This document shows positions 1-9,217 of a stretch of 49,200 bases of DNA, one piece after another (within the stretch, counting starts at the first letter, position 1; each line of letters opens with the position of its first letter). The translations under genes and the position numbers were made by a program. The stretch comes from Candidatus Dojkabacteria bacterium (GTDB taxonomy: Bacteria > Patescibacteriota > Dojkabacteria > J137), in the NCBI GenBank assembly GCA_025061805.1, contig JANWZV010000003.1, forward strand, positions 1 to 49,200, read 5' to 3'. The notes beneath the pieces are model-generated. The model searched no databases, had not been told where the DNA came from, and saw nothing but the letters and a program-made list of their open reading frames with translations.

Positions 1-2970
1 TGGTGGGGGAGGTGGTGGAGGAGGGGGTGGTGGAAAAATAATATCTTCTTCAGGTGGAGTATACTCAATACCTTCACAAGTATTTTCCACTATTATTTTT
101 ACTTCACCAATAAATAAATAATTTTTTTCATTATTTGGAACACATTTTTTAACTATAATTTCAAAAAATCCATCATATTCATTTTCACTATTAAAAACTT
201 TGTCCATTAAACCAAATTGTAATTTTATTGAATTTTCTGAATCAAACCCTGTAATAGATGATTTATTTGCAAAATAAAATTTAGAATCATTACTTAATGA
301 ATATATTTGTTTATTTCCACTAGAATCTTGCGTTTTAATTGCTAATGATATATTATTTCTCACTAAATTCTCTAAATTATTTACACTAAAAGAATTATCT
401 TCTAATATTAATTCTCCTTCAATGCATGTTAAATCAAAATCATTTATATTTGGCTCAATTCTCATATTATGAATAGCATCATATTCTTCAACTGGTGTTA
501 CAACAATATGATTATCTAAAGATTTTTTATTTTGAACATATGAAATATAATGAAGTTGTATTCCTTCTTTTTGAGATTCTTGAATTTTTTGATAAACATT
601 ATATGTTAAGATCCAATTACCTTTTTCATCTTGTTCCTGACTTTCAAAAGAAAAATAAGCTGTTGTATTAGAAATATTATTATTATTATATATGTTATTT
701 GGAAAATAAATAGTAATATTTTCAACATTTTCTAAAAATTTACTTTTAATTTCTAAAGTAAATTGAAGATTCTCTTCTACATATTTTTTAACATTTTCAG
801 TAAATAAAAATGAATTTAATAATGATAAATTAGTTGATAAAATGTTATACTCAACAGGTTTATAAATATCTTCTCCACTGTTATAAAAACCTACTGGTGG
901 AGAAGATAAAACAACTGAAGCTGGTTTTTTACTTACAGGATGTAATACATCATGAAATGAAGAACATGATGTTCCATAAACACACTTTACTTCACTTAAA
1001 TTATTCAAATACAATCTTATATTTTGACTTTTTTTGGCAAATATTGTTAATGGACTTGAACTTGATATAGTAATTTTATTTGTTATACATTGTGAATATG
1101 GTGGAGTGAAACTTCCAAATGATGATACAGGGAAAGAAATACTTTCTTCAATTGCTGAAGTAAAGAAATTAAATGTCCTAACATCTAATGCATGACAATC
1201 ATATGATTTTCCCTTTGCTGTATAAACTATAAATAAACTGTCTTTTTCAGCAAATAATTTATACAATTTGTCTTGATTATTAACTTCTATCTCTTCAATT
1301 CTTAATGGTCCTATGATCATTGTTGAATGATCATCATAATCATAATCCGAATGAGAACCATTTTGTTGATCACAAAAATCTCTATCTTCCCAATTCACAT
1401 AATGTTTTTTATATTTACTAACAAAATAAATATTTTTAACTTTTAATTGATTACAATATGTATATTTTCTAAAATAACAATAATAACAACCATTATCACT
1501 AAAAACTAAATTTTGTGATTTTGGTCTTAAAGTAATATTAAAACAATTATCTGGAACAATTTTTTTCAAATAATTTTTAATTGTAGCTTTACCAAATGGT
1601 TTATAATGCCAGTTATATGTGGTATTTAAATAAATTCCTATATCTCTAAAAAGTTCATGATCTTTTTTACCATAAAAATTATAATATGTAGCATTTGCTT
1701 CTGGTAAATATGTTAGAAAACCAGAATTAAATAAACTTGCTGAAATATTTCCATCGTCATCAATGGTATATTCAACCCAATTAGTATTGGAAATTGTTTC
1801 TATTTCTGATGATAAATTTGTTGTAGATGGATTCCAAAAATCTCCTAAAAATGGAGAAGCGGTAATATAAGAAATATTTTGTGGAATATGAACATCGTTT
1901 TTATTAATTCCAAAAAGAATTTGAGTATTTTCCCAAGAAATTTTATTATTTCTATTATAAACATCTTTTTCAGCAAGAATATTATCAATATAAAACACCC
2001 ACGCTCGTAATTTTATTTCATCCGGTTTTGAATAATCTGCTTTAATTTCTTTTCCTTTACGAACTGATTCTGGAATCCTATTATTTTTAGTGTCATGTAT
2101 TTCTCCAGATTGAACTTCATTATTTTTAGTACATATCTTTGTATTTCCCAAAATATCTTTATTAATTTCTGAAGAAATATTTAATGTAAAATAAATTGAT
2201 CCAAATTCCCAATTATATCTATCACCTAAATTATATCTATTATCACCAGAAGACTTTTTATCATTTAAATAACCAATTCCTATATTTTGTGCTAAAGTTT
2301 TTTTAGAAAAATTTCCATTATACCATGTATCAATTTCAAATATTTTATCACTTACTACTGGAACTCCATCAACTTTTTCTGTATTTAAAAATAATAAATC
2401 AAATCCAGAAACTATAATTTTATCATTTTTTAGACTATTTTGTTCAATAAAAACAGTTTGTTTGTTAAATTCATAATAAAATTTTGGAGGATCTATATTT
2501 TGGGAAAATGGAACTAAATAATCTTCATTTTTAATGATATTTAAAATTCCATGATCTTTTCTATAACAAATAAGATTTGCAAACAAAAAATATTTAGCAC
2601 ATTTTTCTTGTAACCAATTAAAAAATACTAATGGAGAAAAAATTTGAGTTTGCTGATTAGTATCATCAACATTTTTTATAACAACATGTTTTGCAAATTC
2701 TGGATCTGGATCTTGTGTCTTTCCTAAATAAATATGTGCAATTTTTCCACTAGCATAAGTATTGAATCCACAAATTGTTTTTGTATTATTATCAGATATA
2801 TTATTTAATTTATTAAGTAAATTATTGTATTTCCCCTTATCAAATATTTTAACATTTTTAAATGTTACACCAAGAGATGGATTAGAATAATAATTTTCAG
2901 CAGAATTTCCTACAACTTTAACTACATAATTTTCAGAAAATTTAATATTTGTATTTTTTTTAAATGACAT
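1..2970 (-). CDS. Large hypothetical protein, probably virion-associated (>=990 aa, truncated by the left window edge)
   Basis: ATG at 2968-2970 (MSFKKNTNIKFSENYVVKVVG...). The frame reads open to position 1 and ends ...TPPEEDIIFPPPPPPPPPPP. It is absent from the ORF track because no stop lies in the window. A TATAAATA late promoter is just upstream. Confidence 0.8.
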   Translation of the reverse strand, partial: MSFKKNTNIKFSENYVVKVVGNSAENYYSNPSLGVTFKNVKIFDKGKYNNLLNKLNNISDNNTKTICGFNTYASGKIAHIYLGKTQDPDPEFAKHVVIKNVDDTNQQTQIFSPLVFFNWLQEKCAKYFLFANLICYRKDHGILNIIKNEDYLVPFSQNIDPPKFYYEFNKQTVFIEQNSLKNDKIIVSGFDLLFLNTEKVDGVPVVSDKIFEIDTWYNGNFSKKTLAQNIGIGYLNDKKSSGDNRYNLGDRYNWEFGSIYFTLNISSEINKDILGNTKICTKNNEVQSGEIHDTKNNRIPESVRKGKEIKADYSKPDEIKLRAWVFYIDNILAEKDVYNRNNKISWENTQILFGINKNDVHIPQNISYITASPFLGDFWNPSTTNLSSEIETISNTNWVEYTIDDDGNISASLFNSGFLTYLPEANATYYNFYGKKDHELFRDIGIYLNTTYNWHYKPFGKATIKNYLKKIVPDNCFNITLRPKSQNLVFSDNGCYYCYFRKYTYCNQLKVKNIYFVSKYKKHYVNWEDRDFCDQQNGSHSDYDYDDHSTMIIGPLRIEEIEVNNQDKLYKLFAEKDSLFIVYTAKGKSYDCHALDVRTFNFFTSAIEESISFPVSSFGSFTPPYSQCITNKITISSSSPLTIFAKKSQNIRLYLNNLSEVKCVYGTSCSSFHDVLHPVSKKPASVVLSSPPVGFYNSGEDIYKPVEYNILSTNLSLLNSFLFTENVKKYVEENLQFTLEIKSKFLENVENITIYFPNNIYNNNNISNTTAYFSFESQEQDEKGNWILTYNVYQKIQESQKEGIQLHYISYVQNKKSLDNHIVVTPVEEYDAIHNMRIEPNINDFDLTCIEGELILEDNSFSVNNLENLVRNNISLAIKTQDSSGNKQIYSLSNDSKFYFANKSSITGFDSENSIKLQFGLMDKVFNSENEYDGFFEIIVKKCVPNNEKNYLFIGEVKIIVENTCEGIEYTPPEEDIIFPPPPPPPPPPP

Positions 2971-2982
2971 ATTCTTTATTTT

Positions 2983-2990
2983 TATTTATA
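2983..2990 (-). promoter_or_regulatory. T4-type late promoter TATAAATA
   Basis: Exact gp55 consensus in an intergenic gap just upstream of the ATG at 2970. Confidence 0.65.
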
Positions 2991-3032
2991 ATAAAAAGCA
3001 AATTTCACAATTTAATTAAAAAAAAAACAATT

Positions 3033-3488
3033 TTAAGAATTATTATTTTCTTTTACTTCATCATTTTGACTTTCTTCTTTTTTATTTTCCTGAGATACTA
3101 CACTTGTTACTGGAACTTCTTTTGGATTAATAACATGATCCTTTATTTTATCTTTTGCAATATCTAATCTAAAGAAAAAGTCAATATCATTTAATTTTGT
3201 TAAATCCAATCCAACATCAACAAACAAAATTTCATCTGGACCAAGTTTTGATTTCACTAATTCAGTTACCTTTGTTCTAATGCCATGTAAAGAATCAGCA
3301 GTAAAAAGTTTTTGTTTGCTTATATATTCATTTAACACTGTATTAATTGAATTTTCAACTATTTTCTTTGTTACAGGATTTAATTCTCCTTCAACAATTG
3401 AAGGTGTATTATTAGTATTAACTTGCTCAGAAATATTTTGATCTGTTGAAATTTCTGAGTTTTGATCTTTTGTTTCAAGTTCTGACAT
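3033..3488 (-). CDS. Hypothetical protein (151 aa)
   Basis: ORF with an AAGGAG Shine-Dalgarno upstream, acidic/low-complexity termini and no recognised motif. Confidence 0.75.
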   Translation of the reverse strand: MSELETKDQNSEISTDQNISEQVNTNNTPSIVEGELNPVTKKIVENSINTVLNEYISKQKLFTADSLHGIRTKVTELVKSKLGPDEILFVDVGLDLTKLNDIDFFFRLDIAKDKIKDHVINPKEVPVTSVVSQENKKEESQNDEVKENNNS

Positions 3489-3533
3489 TGTTATCTCCTT
3501 TCCAAATATTATAATAAAATTTATTTTTATTTA

Positions 3534-4727
3534 TTAAAGTGGTGGTGTTGGTAAATCACCGCCTGTTTCTCCACCTGCTTCTCCGCCCATTTCCCCTCCA
3601 ATTCCAGCGCCTTCGCCGCCACCCATTTCCATTCCCCCACCTTCTTCGCCACCACCACCTTCTCCACTTTCTCCGCTTTCTTCAGCGCCCCCTTCACCAC
3701 TTTCTGTCTCTTCTCCACTTTCCATTGAAATAACAGAGTATATTGACATTTTAGAAGATTTTTCATTTTCTAAGAAATCATTAATAAACATTGTAAATAA
3801 TGTACTTCTCTTAAATTCAGAATTTTCCATATTTTTTTCTATAAATTTCTTAACTGATGGTGGAAAATCAATATACATTTTATTAAATAAAGAAAATTTC
3901 TTTTGATTTGCTAAGTTTAAATAAGAAGTTGGTATTAAATTTGGTTGAATTTTTTTATCACTTGTAAAATCTATTTTTATTTTCTTTAAAAATTGTATTG
4001 CAGTTTTGTCATCAACCCAATCTTCTCCAAAAGCTCTTATCATAAATTTGTTAACTTTTTCAATTGCATTTGCCAAATCTCTTTTATGTTTTATTTGAAT
4101 TGTTTGACCTTTTTTATTTGTATAATAAAAAGGAATGTTTGAATTGTATATAACAATTTTTTGCTCTCTTTCTCCAATCAAAGGAAACTCTCTTCTTAAT
4201 TCTTTTGATTTTTCTAAATATATTTCATATTGTTCTGGAGTTAATCTTGATAAAATTTCATCTACACGAAGACCCATCTTTTTTTCTTGATCTGAAAATA
4301 ATTTATTAATATCAATTCCAGCATATTTAAATTTAAATTTTGCTAATCTTTTATTATTTTCGGAATTAATAGAATAATCTTTGTGTGGATTTCCTGTATC
4401 TGTAAACAATTTTTTAACTTTTTCTTCATCTTTATTTTTGTAAGGAGAATTCTTTTTATTTTCTTTTTTATTTTCAGTATCTTCTTCACCTTCTCCACTT
4501 TCCTCACTTTTCCCCTCTCCCTCATCTGTTTTTTCAGAATCTTCTTCACTTTTTGGAATGTTTTGTTCTTCTACTTCATCAATATTTTCTTTAACATTAC
4601 TTAAAGTTTGATCATCAAAAATTCCAGCTAAATCTTCACCTTCATTTTCTCCAGTATTTTCGCCACCACCTTCTGTTTTATTTTCTTCTTCTGCTTCTAA
4701 AAGTAAAAAATATTTATATTTTTTCAT
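3534..4727 (-). CDS. Hypothetical protein with acidic N-terminus and Gly/Glu-rich C-terminal tail; possible internal head protein
   Basis: 397-aa ORF with a late promoter upstream. The N-terminal LLLE/A resembles a gp21 L-x-E cleavage site. The C-terminus is GGGEEGGGMEMGGGEG...GGDLPTPPL. Confidence 0.7.
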   Translation of the reverse strand: MKKYKYFLLLEAEEENKTEGGGENTGENEGEDLAGIFDDQTLSNVKENIDEVEEQNIPKSEEDSEKTDEGEGKSEESGEGEEDTENKKENKKNSPYKNKDEEKVKKLFTDTGNPHKDYSINSENNKRLAKFKFKYAGIDINKLFSDQEKKMGLRVDEILSRLTPEQYEIYLEKSKELRREFPLIGEREQKIVIYNSNIPFYYTNKKGQTIQIKHKRDLANAIEKVNKFMIRAFGEDWVDDKTAIQFLKKIKIDFTSDKKIQPNLIPTSYLNLANQKKFSLFNKMYIDFPPSVKKFIEKNMENSEFKRSTLFTMFINDFLENEKSSKMSIYSVISMESGEETESGEGGAEESGESGEGGGGEEGGGMEMGGGEGAGIGGEMGGEAGGETGGDLPTPPL

Positions 4728-4742
4728 ATTAAACCTCTATTT

Positions 4743-4750
4743 TATTTATA
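4743..4750 (-). promoter_or_regulatory. T4-type late promoter TATAAATA
   Basis: Exact consensus in the gap upstream of the ATG at 4727. Confidence 0.65.
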
Positions 4751-4753
4751 AAA

Positions 4754-5398
4754 TTACATCATTTTAATTATTTTATAGTCATCTGAAGGAGTAATAGTTG
4801 AATAAACCCAAGTAACTGGAATAACTATTTTATTTGCTTCTCGATAATTTAAATCTACTTGTCCCAAATTTTGAGGGTGTAAATCTCTAAATTCTAATTC
4901 CAAAACTTTTTCTTTATGATTATTTAATAATAATAATTTTGCTGAAATGTAAAAATTCTCATAAAATTTATAAAGCGATAATTTATTAAATTCTTCTGGA
5001 TTATATGCACAATAAAACCAATACAAAATCATTCTATAAATAAACCAGTTTTCATCTCCTAAAATGTTTGTTGTTAATGTACCAAATTCTATTTTTCCAG
5101 TAACAGCTTTAAGATCTGTAAATTTTGTTTCAATAACAGCTGTTTGAAGATTAATATCCGGTAAAGTAACTGACTGTAAAAATAAAGCAAAATTCTGAGT
5201 ATCTTGATTTGCTTCACGAATATATTCCATTCCGCTTTTAGTTATAGATTGAATTGTTCCATCCAAATTAAAGGATTTATTATTTGAAAATTTTGATAAT
5301 AAAAATGATGATGGAATTCTTTCTAAAACAAATATAAAATTATTTGAATGTGCTTCATTTAAAAAAATTTCATTATTCCTTACAACATAACAAGACAT
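4754..5398 (-). CDS. gp3: Tail tube terminator / tail completion protein, T4 gp3-like (tube-protein fold)
   Basis: Motif pattern NNFIFVL...QSVTLPDINL...GKIEFGTLTTNILGDENWFIYRMILYW...LEFRDLHPQNLG matches the gp3/gp19 superfamily. Confidence 0.65.
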   Translation of the reverse strand: MSCYVVRNNEIFLNEAHSNNFIFVLERIPSSFLLSKFSNNKSFNLDGTIQSITKSGMEYIREANQDTQNFALFLQSVTLPDINLQTAVIETKFTDLKAVTGKIEFGTLTTNILGDENWFIYRMILYWFYCAYNPEEFNKLSLYKFYENFYISAKLLLLNNHKEKVLELEFRDLHPQNLGQVDLNYREANKIVIPVTWVYSTITPSDDYKIIKMM

Positions 5399-5413
5399 AT
5401 TTTTCCTTTTATT

Positions 5414-5869
5414 TTATTCTATTTTACTTACTCTAAAATAATGGACTGAAACATCTTCACATAAAAACATATTTTCAGGAAATCCTGAAATCCCAGATGT
5501 TCCAGATGTCCCTGAAGTTCCAGAAGTACCAGAAGTACCAGAAGTGCCAGAAGTTTCTTGAGACCAACATGGGTTTGAAACATAATTACCCATTGTTATT
5601 TCAACTCGATAAATTCCATAATACCCACATTCACATTTTGTTTTATACCTATAAATATACCATCCAGTTTTTCCTGGTATTCTACACATTTCATCATTTA
5701 CAACTAAATTATTTAATTCATTATAAATTTTTATGTGAGCATATTCTGCCCATTGATAATCATTTAATAATGAATTTACAGAAAAATCAACATATGGCTT
5801 ATTAGATGCTATAATTGTAACTGTATCCCCACAATAGTAATTTTCCATAGAAACAGTTGATGATGGCAT
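5414..5869 (-). CDS. Hypothetical Cys-rich beta-type protein with (TSG)7 insertion, probably structural
   Basis: 151-aa ORF in the tail/baseplate region with GWYIYRY/GIYRVEI strand-like segments, six Cys and a TSG tandem repeat. Confidence 0.7.
   Translation of the reverse strand: MPSSTVSMENYYCGDTVTIIASNKPYVDFSVNSLLNDYQWAEYAHIKIYNELNNLVVNDEMCRIPGKTGWYIYRYKTKCECGYYGIYRVEITMGNYVSNPCWSQETSGTSGTSGTSGTSGTSGTSGISGFPENMFLCEDVSVHYFRVSKIE
5483..5554 (-). repeat. 9-nt coding tandem repeat, (TSG)7-ISG
   Basis: Units of the type ACT TCT GGT/GGA/GGC/GGG with synonymous variation, read directly from the sequence. Confidence 0.95.
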
Positions 5870-5873
5870 AAAA

Positions 5874-6104
5874 CTACCCTTTTGAGAAAAATACTTCTAC
5901 AAGAGAACATTTATAAAACAAAACATCTGAAATCTTTGGACAAAGTGGTGTGATTTCTTCTTCTGGTTCTTCTGTTTCTGGTGGGTTTCCACTAATAGCA
6001 ACACATTCACCTCGATCATATTTATTCAACCAAAAATCAATTCTTTGATATGTATCTGCATTCCATGCAGACCAATCAATATATTTTTGAACATTATTTG
6101 GCAT
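5874..6104 (-). CDS. Small hypothetical protein (76 aa, three Cys)
   Basis: Fills the gap between genes and has its own TATAAATA upstream. Confidence 0.6.
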   Translation of the reverse strand: MPNNVQKYIDWSAWNADTYQRIDFWLNKYDRGECVAISGNPPETEEPEEEITPLCPKISDVLFYKCSLVEVFFSKG

Positions 6105-6109
6105 ACTTT

Positions 6110-6117
6110 TATTTATA
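6110..6117 (-). promoter_or_regulatory. T4-type late promoter TATAAATA
   Basis: Exact consensus only 5 nt from the ATG at 6104, which would imply an almost leaderless transcript. Confidence 0.5.
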
Positions 6118-6121
6118 TAAA

Positions 6122-7525
6122 TTATGAATTATTTGGTGGTTGTAAATGCTCCATTTTCACAAAACCTTTATCTGAACTCATTCTTTCAAATCCATCTTTT
6201 AGGCAATATACTATTGAAGATGCATCACCAAATGTTACAGACAAAATATCAATTTGACCCCAAATAAGCCATTTTCCAGAAAATAATAAATCTATATTAA
6301 TATCTTTCATTGGATTTTTTATTAAAATATCTGCTAATTGCCCAATTCTTCTATTTTCATTTACAGGCATAAATAACATGCAAGATATTGCAGAATGCAA
6401 AGTTTGGTGTGCATATTCATTTATTTTCATTGAAACCAATTGTTTTGGTTCAGTAAATGAATGTGGTCTAAATTTTGACCATTGATTTCCGTAAACCATA
6501 GAATGAATAAAATGCTGACCAAGGCCCCGATATTTTTTCCTAAAATCATTAAAATCATAAGCAATGTATTTATTTTCATGAATATAATCAAATGTAAAAA
6601 ATGTTTCCCCAGACATTTTAGAAAAAAGAGTTTTTGTTCTATTAAAATAAAAAAAGTATCTTTTATTATAGACATTTGTCATATCAAAATCACTTTTTTC
6701 TTCTTCCAAATTATCAAGTGGATTTTGAGCGCTATTAGGCGGTCTATATGTTTGATTAGCATATTGATTTGCAAATAAATGAACTCCTTTCTTTTTCATC
6801 AATGAATAAATTGATTTTAAAATAATTTTTGGTTTTTTTCCGATTTTTTCTGGTGGTTCAACATAACATACAAAATATGGAAAGTTTTCTTTATTGATGG
6901 CAAATTTTCTTAAATAATTAAGTGTTTTATATGGAGTCCAATTTGGAATATAAAAATTAATTTTCAAATCTTCTAATGTTTCTTCAATATCAAAATCATA
7001 CCATTTTGTAATATGTGGTATTAAACTAAATGTATCAATCATAATATCATAAATTGTTTTTTCTTTTTCAGGTGCTTTTTCTTTTGATCCACCATCCCAC
7101 TTATAAGTTTTATAAATTGAATTAGTTGTTAAAAAATAATAAATTGGTGCTTCAACTAATGATAATTTTAAAATTGTTGAACCACGATCTCTTTCTGTTG
7201 TATTTTGTTCTTCTTGAATATTAACAATAAAAAAGTGATAAATTTTTTCTGGTACAGATGGATCATGTGAAGAATTTCTATATCTAATTGATATAATTTC
7301 ATTTCCTGTCAATGGCATATACTCTCTTAAACAATATCTATCAGTTAAATACATTTCTGCAACACGAAAATAAGATTCAATATTATCATAAATTTTAATT
7401 AAAATTGTTTCACTTTCTAATCTATTTGAAAAAAAATCAATTTCGGAATAATCTTTTGATAAATCTTCTAATCTTATAATCCCAACGCCATATACTACTT
7501 TATTAACAACATCATAACTTTTCAT
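6122..7525 (-). CDS. Baseplate hub protein (gp27 / VgrG-hub-like)
   Basis: N-terminal IKIYDNIESYFRVAEMYLTDRYCLREYMPLTGNEIISIRY and FYIPNWTPYKTLNYL, with C-terminal IGQLADILI...LFSGKWLI, typical of hub proteins. Adjacent to the gp53-like gene. Confidence 0.6.
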   Translation of the reverse strand: MKSYDVVNKVVYGVGIIRLEDLSKDYSEIDFFSNRLESETILIKIYDNIESYFRVAEMYLTDRYCLREYMPLTGNEIISIRYRNSSHDPSVPEKIYHFFIVNIQEEQNTTERDRGSTILKLSLVEAPIYYFLTTNSIYKTYKWDGGSKEKAPEKEKTIYDIMIDTFSLIPHITKWYDFDIEETLEDLKINFYIPNWTPYKTLNYLRKFAINKENFPYFVCYVEPPEKIGKKPKIILKSIYSLMKKKGVHLFANQYANQTYRPPNSAQNPLDNLEEEKSDFDMTNVYNKRYFFYFNRTKTLFSKMSGETFFTFDYIHENKYIAYDFNDFRKKYRGLGQHFIHSMVYGNQWSKFRPHSFTEPKQLVSMKINEYAHQTLHSAISCMLFMPVNENRRIGQLADILIKNPMKDINIDLLFSGKWLIWGQIDILSVTFGDASSIVYCLKDGFERMSSDKGFVKMEHLQPPNNS

Positions 7526-7964
7526 TACTATTTTCCTCTAAAAGTTTTTTGTTTTTCTCTTCATTAATTGATTTTATAAAAATCATATCTCTTTTTAATT
7601 TACTTAAATAAACATCACGAAGAATTTTTATCACTTTATTTTTTCTATTATCTACTTTTTTCTCATCATCTCTCACCAAATCTAAAAATGAAAAAGGATC
7701 GAGAATATCATTCGCTATTAAAATAACCCACCAAAGTTCTGGAGTGCCATAAAATTTTGTAGAAATTGAATAAATATTATCTTCTGGTTGAACAACATAA
7801 TAAATATACACATCTTTATCATAAATATTTGGAAAAACATGTAATCTGTAATTATACCAAATATCAAGAATTGGTTGAGACAAAATTGATTTATCATAAT
7901 ATGTTTTAGGAAACAAATTAGAAAAACTATTTATAGATATTAAATCTCTATTTGATACTAACAT
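7512..7964 (-). CDS. gp53: Baseplate wedge protein gp53-like (LysM-type)
   Basis: YYVVQPEDNIYSISTKFYGTPELWWVILIANDILDPF is the classic gp53/LysM signature. Confidence 0.85.
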   Translation of the reverse strand: MLVSNRDLISINSFSNLFPKTYYDKSILSQPILDIWYNYRLHVFPNIYDKDVYIYYVVQPEDNIYSISTKFYGTPELWWVILIANDILDPFSFLDLVRDDEKKVDNRKNKVIKILRDVYLSKLKRDMIFIKSINEEKNKKLLEENSNEKL

Positions 7965-8005
7965 AAGATATTCTCCTAATATTTATCTTTTTATTTTATA
8001 TTGTA

Positions 8006-9202
8006 TCAATCATTCATTTTATCTCCTTCATACTTATACCTATTTTTAGTTATATTTAAAATTTCATTTCCAGTTTCTCCAGCTAGTCTAAGAATTGGTG
8101 AATTTTCAAACATTGAAATCCAATCATCAGCATACAATTTTTCAATAACTTTAATACTTATTGAACCTTCTACAACTAATGGTAAACTTAAATCTAATAA
8201 TTCTCTTTCAACACCATACATTGAATTTGAATCTTTAAACATTGTTGATGCTTTAACCCAAGGTCCACAGAATTTATAAGATACTTTGTTTATAACACAT
8301 ATATCAAATTGAAAAAAACCAGAAGTGTGTTTTATGCTTACATAGCTTGGTGGTTCGGAAATAGCTACACGAACACCAGGATATGATGATAAAAATCTTA
8401 AAATACTTTCTTGTAGATTATCTTCATCTTTTGCTTTTTCTCTAAATTCTGCACTTTCAGTAAGCTGTTGAACTGATCCTGGATTACTAGTATCAATATT
8501 TTTTTTGTCTTTTGTTTCTATAATTCCTGTAAATCTTTTAGGGAAAGTCCATGTTGTTAATAAAATTAATGGTTTATAAATATCATGCACCCATCTTTTT
8601 ACAAAATTATCATTTTCATTTAATGGCTTTCCAATTGTAAATAAAATAAATGGAATTTCAAAAGAAATTTTTTCTGATTCTTGGAATTGGTCTTGTTTAT
8701 CCAATGTAACTTTTTTAAGAGCTGATGGTTTGTCATAATTAGTAACATTTCTTGCAGCATTTAAAACACCTGAAAATGAATCAACAACATCTGCTATTTT
8801 CTCTAAAACTTGTCCTACTATGCCATTACCTTCTTCCCATCTATGGCTAAATGCAAAATTAAGCCAATCTCTTTGCTTTGGTATAACTTTAATTGTAAAA
8901 ATAGGATCATTCAATCTTTTTAATGTTAATAAATCATATTCCATTCTAATAATATTATCTTCTCCTGTTACAGGTTTTAAAACAGTTGGATTATTTCCTA
9001 TAAAATTAATAACAACTTCATCCATGCATAATGGTTTATCTTCTTTTTCTGGTTTATTAAAATTTTCAAATTGTGGACCATTTAAAAAAGATAATTTTCT
9101 TTGTGGATTAAGTTTTGGTGCTCCTATTCTTTCAATACCACACTGATAACATGCCTCTAAACTAGGTATATATAATACATTTGATGATTCTCCTTGTGGC
9201 AT
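8006..9202 (-). CDS. Probable baseplate-tail tube junction protein (gp48-like)
   Basis: Lies between the tape measure and gp53 genes. Tube-like motifs ISFEIPFILF and PPSYVSI...CVINKVSYKF...LPLVVEGSISIKVIE. Assignment is mainly by synteny. Confidence 0.45.
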   Translation of the reverse strand: MPQGESSNVLYIPSLEACYQCGIERIGAPKLNPQRKLSFLNGPQFENFNKPEKEDKPLCMDEVVINFIGNNPTVLKPVTGEDNIIRMEYDLLTLKRLNDPIFTIKVIPKQRDWLNFAFSHRWEEGNGIVGQVLEKIADVVDSFSGVLNAARNVTNYDKPSALKKVTLDKQDQFQESEKISFEIPFILFTIGKPLNENDNFVKRWVHDIYKPLILLTTWTFPKRFTGIIETKDKKNIDTSNPGSVQQLTESAEFREKAKDEDNLQESILRFLSSYPGVRVAISEPPSYVSIKHTSGFFQFDICVINKVSYKFCGPWVKASTMFKDSNSMYGVERELLDLSLPLVVEGSISIKVIEKLYADDWISMFENSPILRLAGETGNEILNITKNRYKYEGDKMND

Positions 9203-9217
9203 TTTTCCTCCTTAAAT

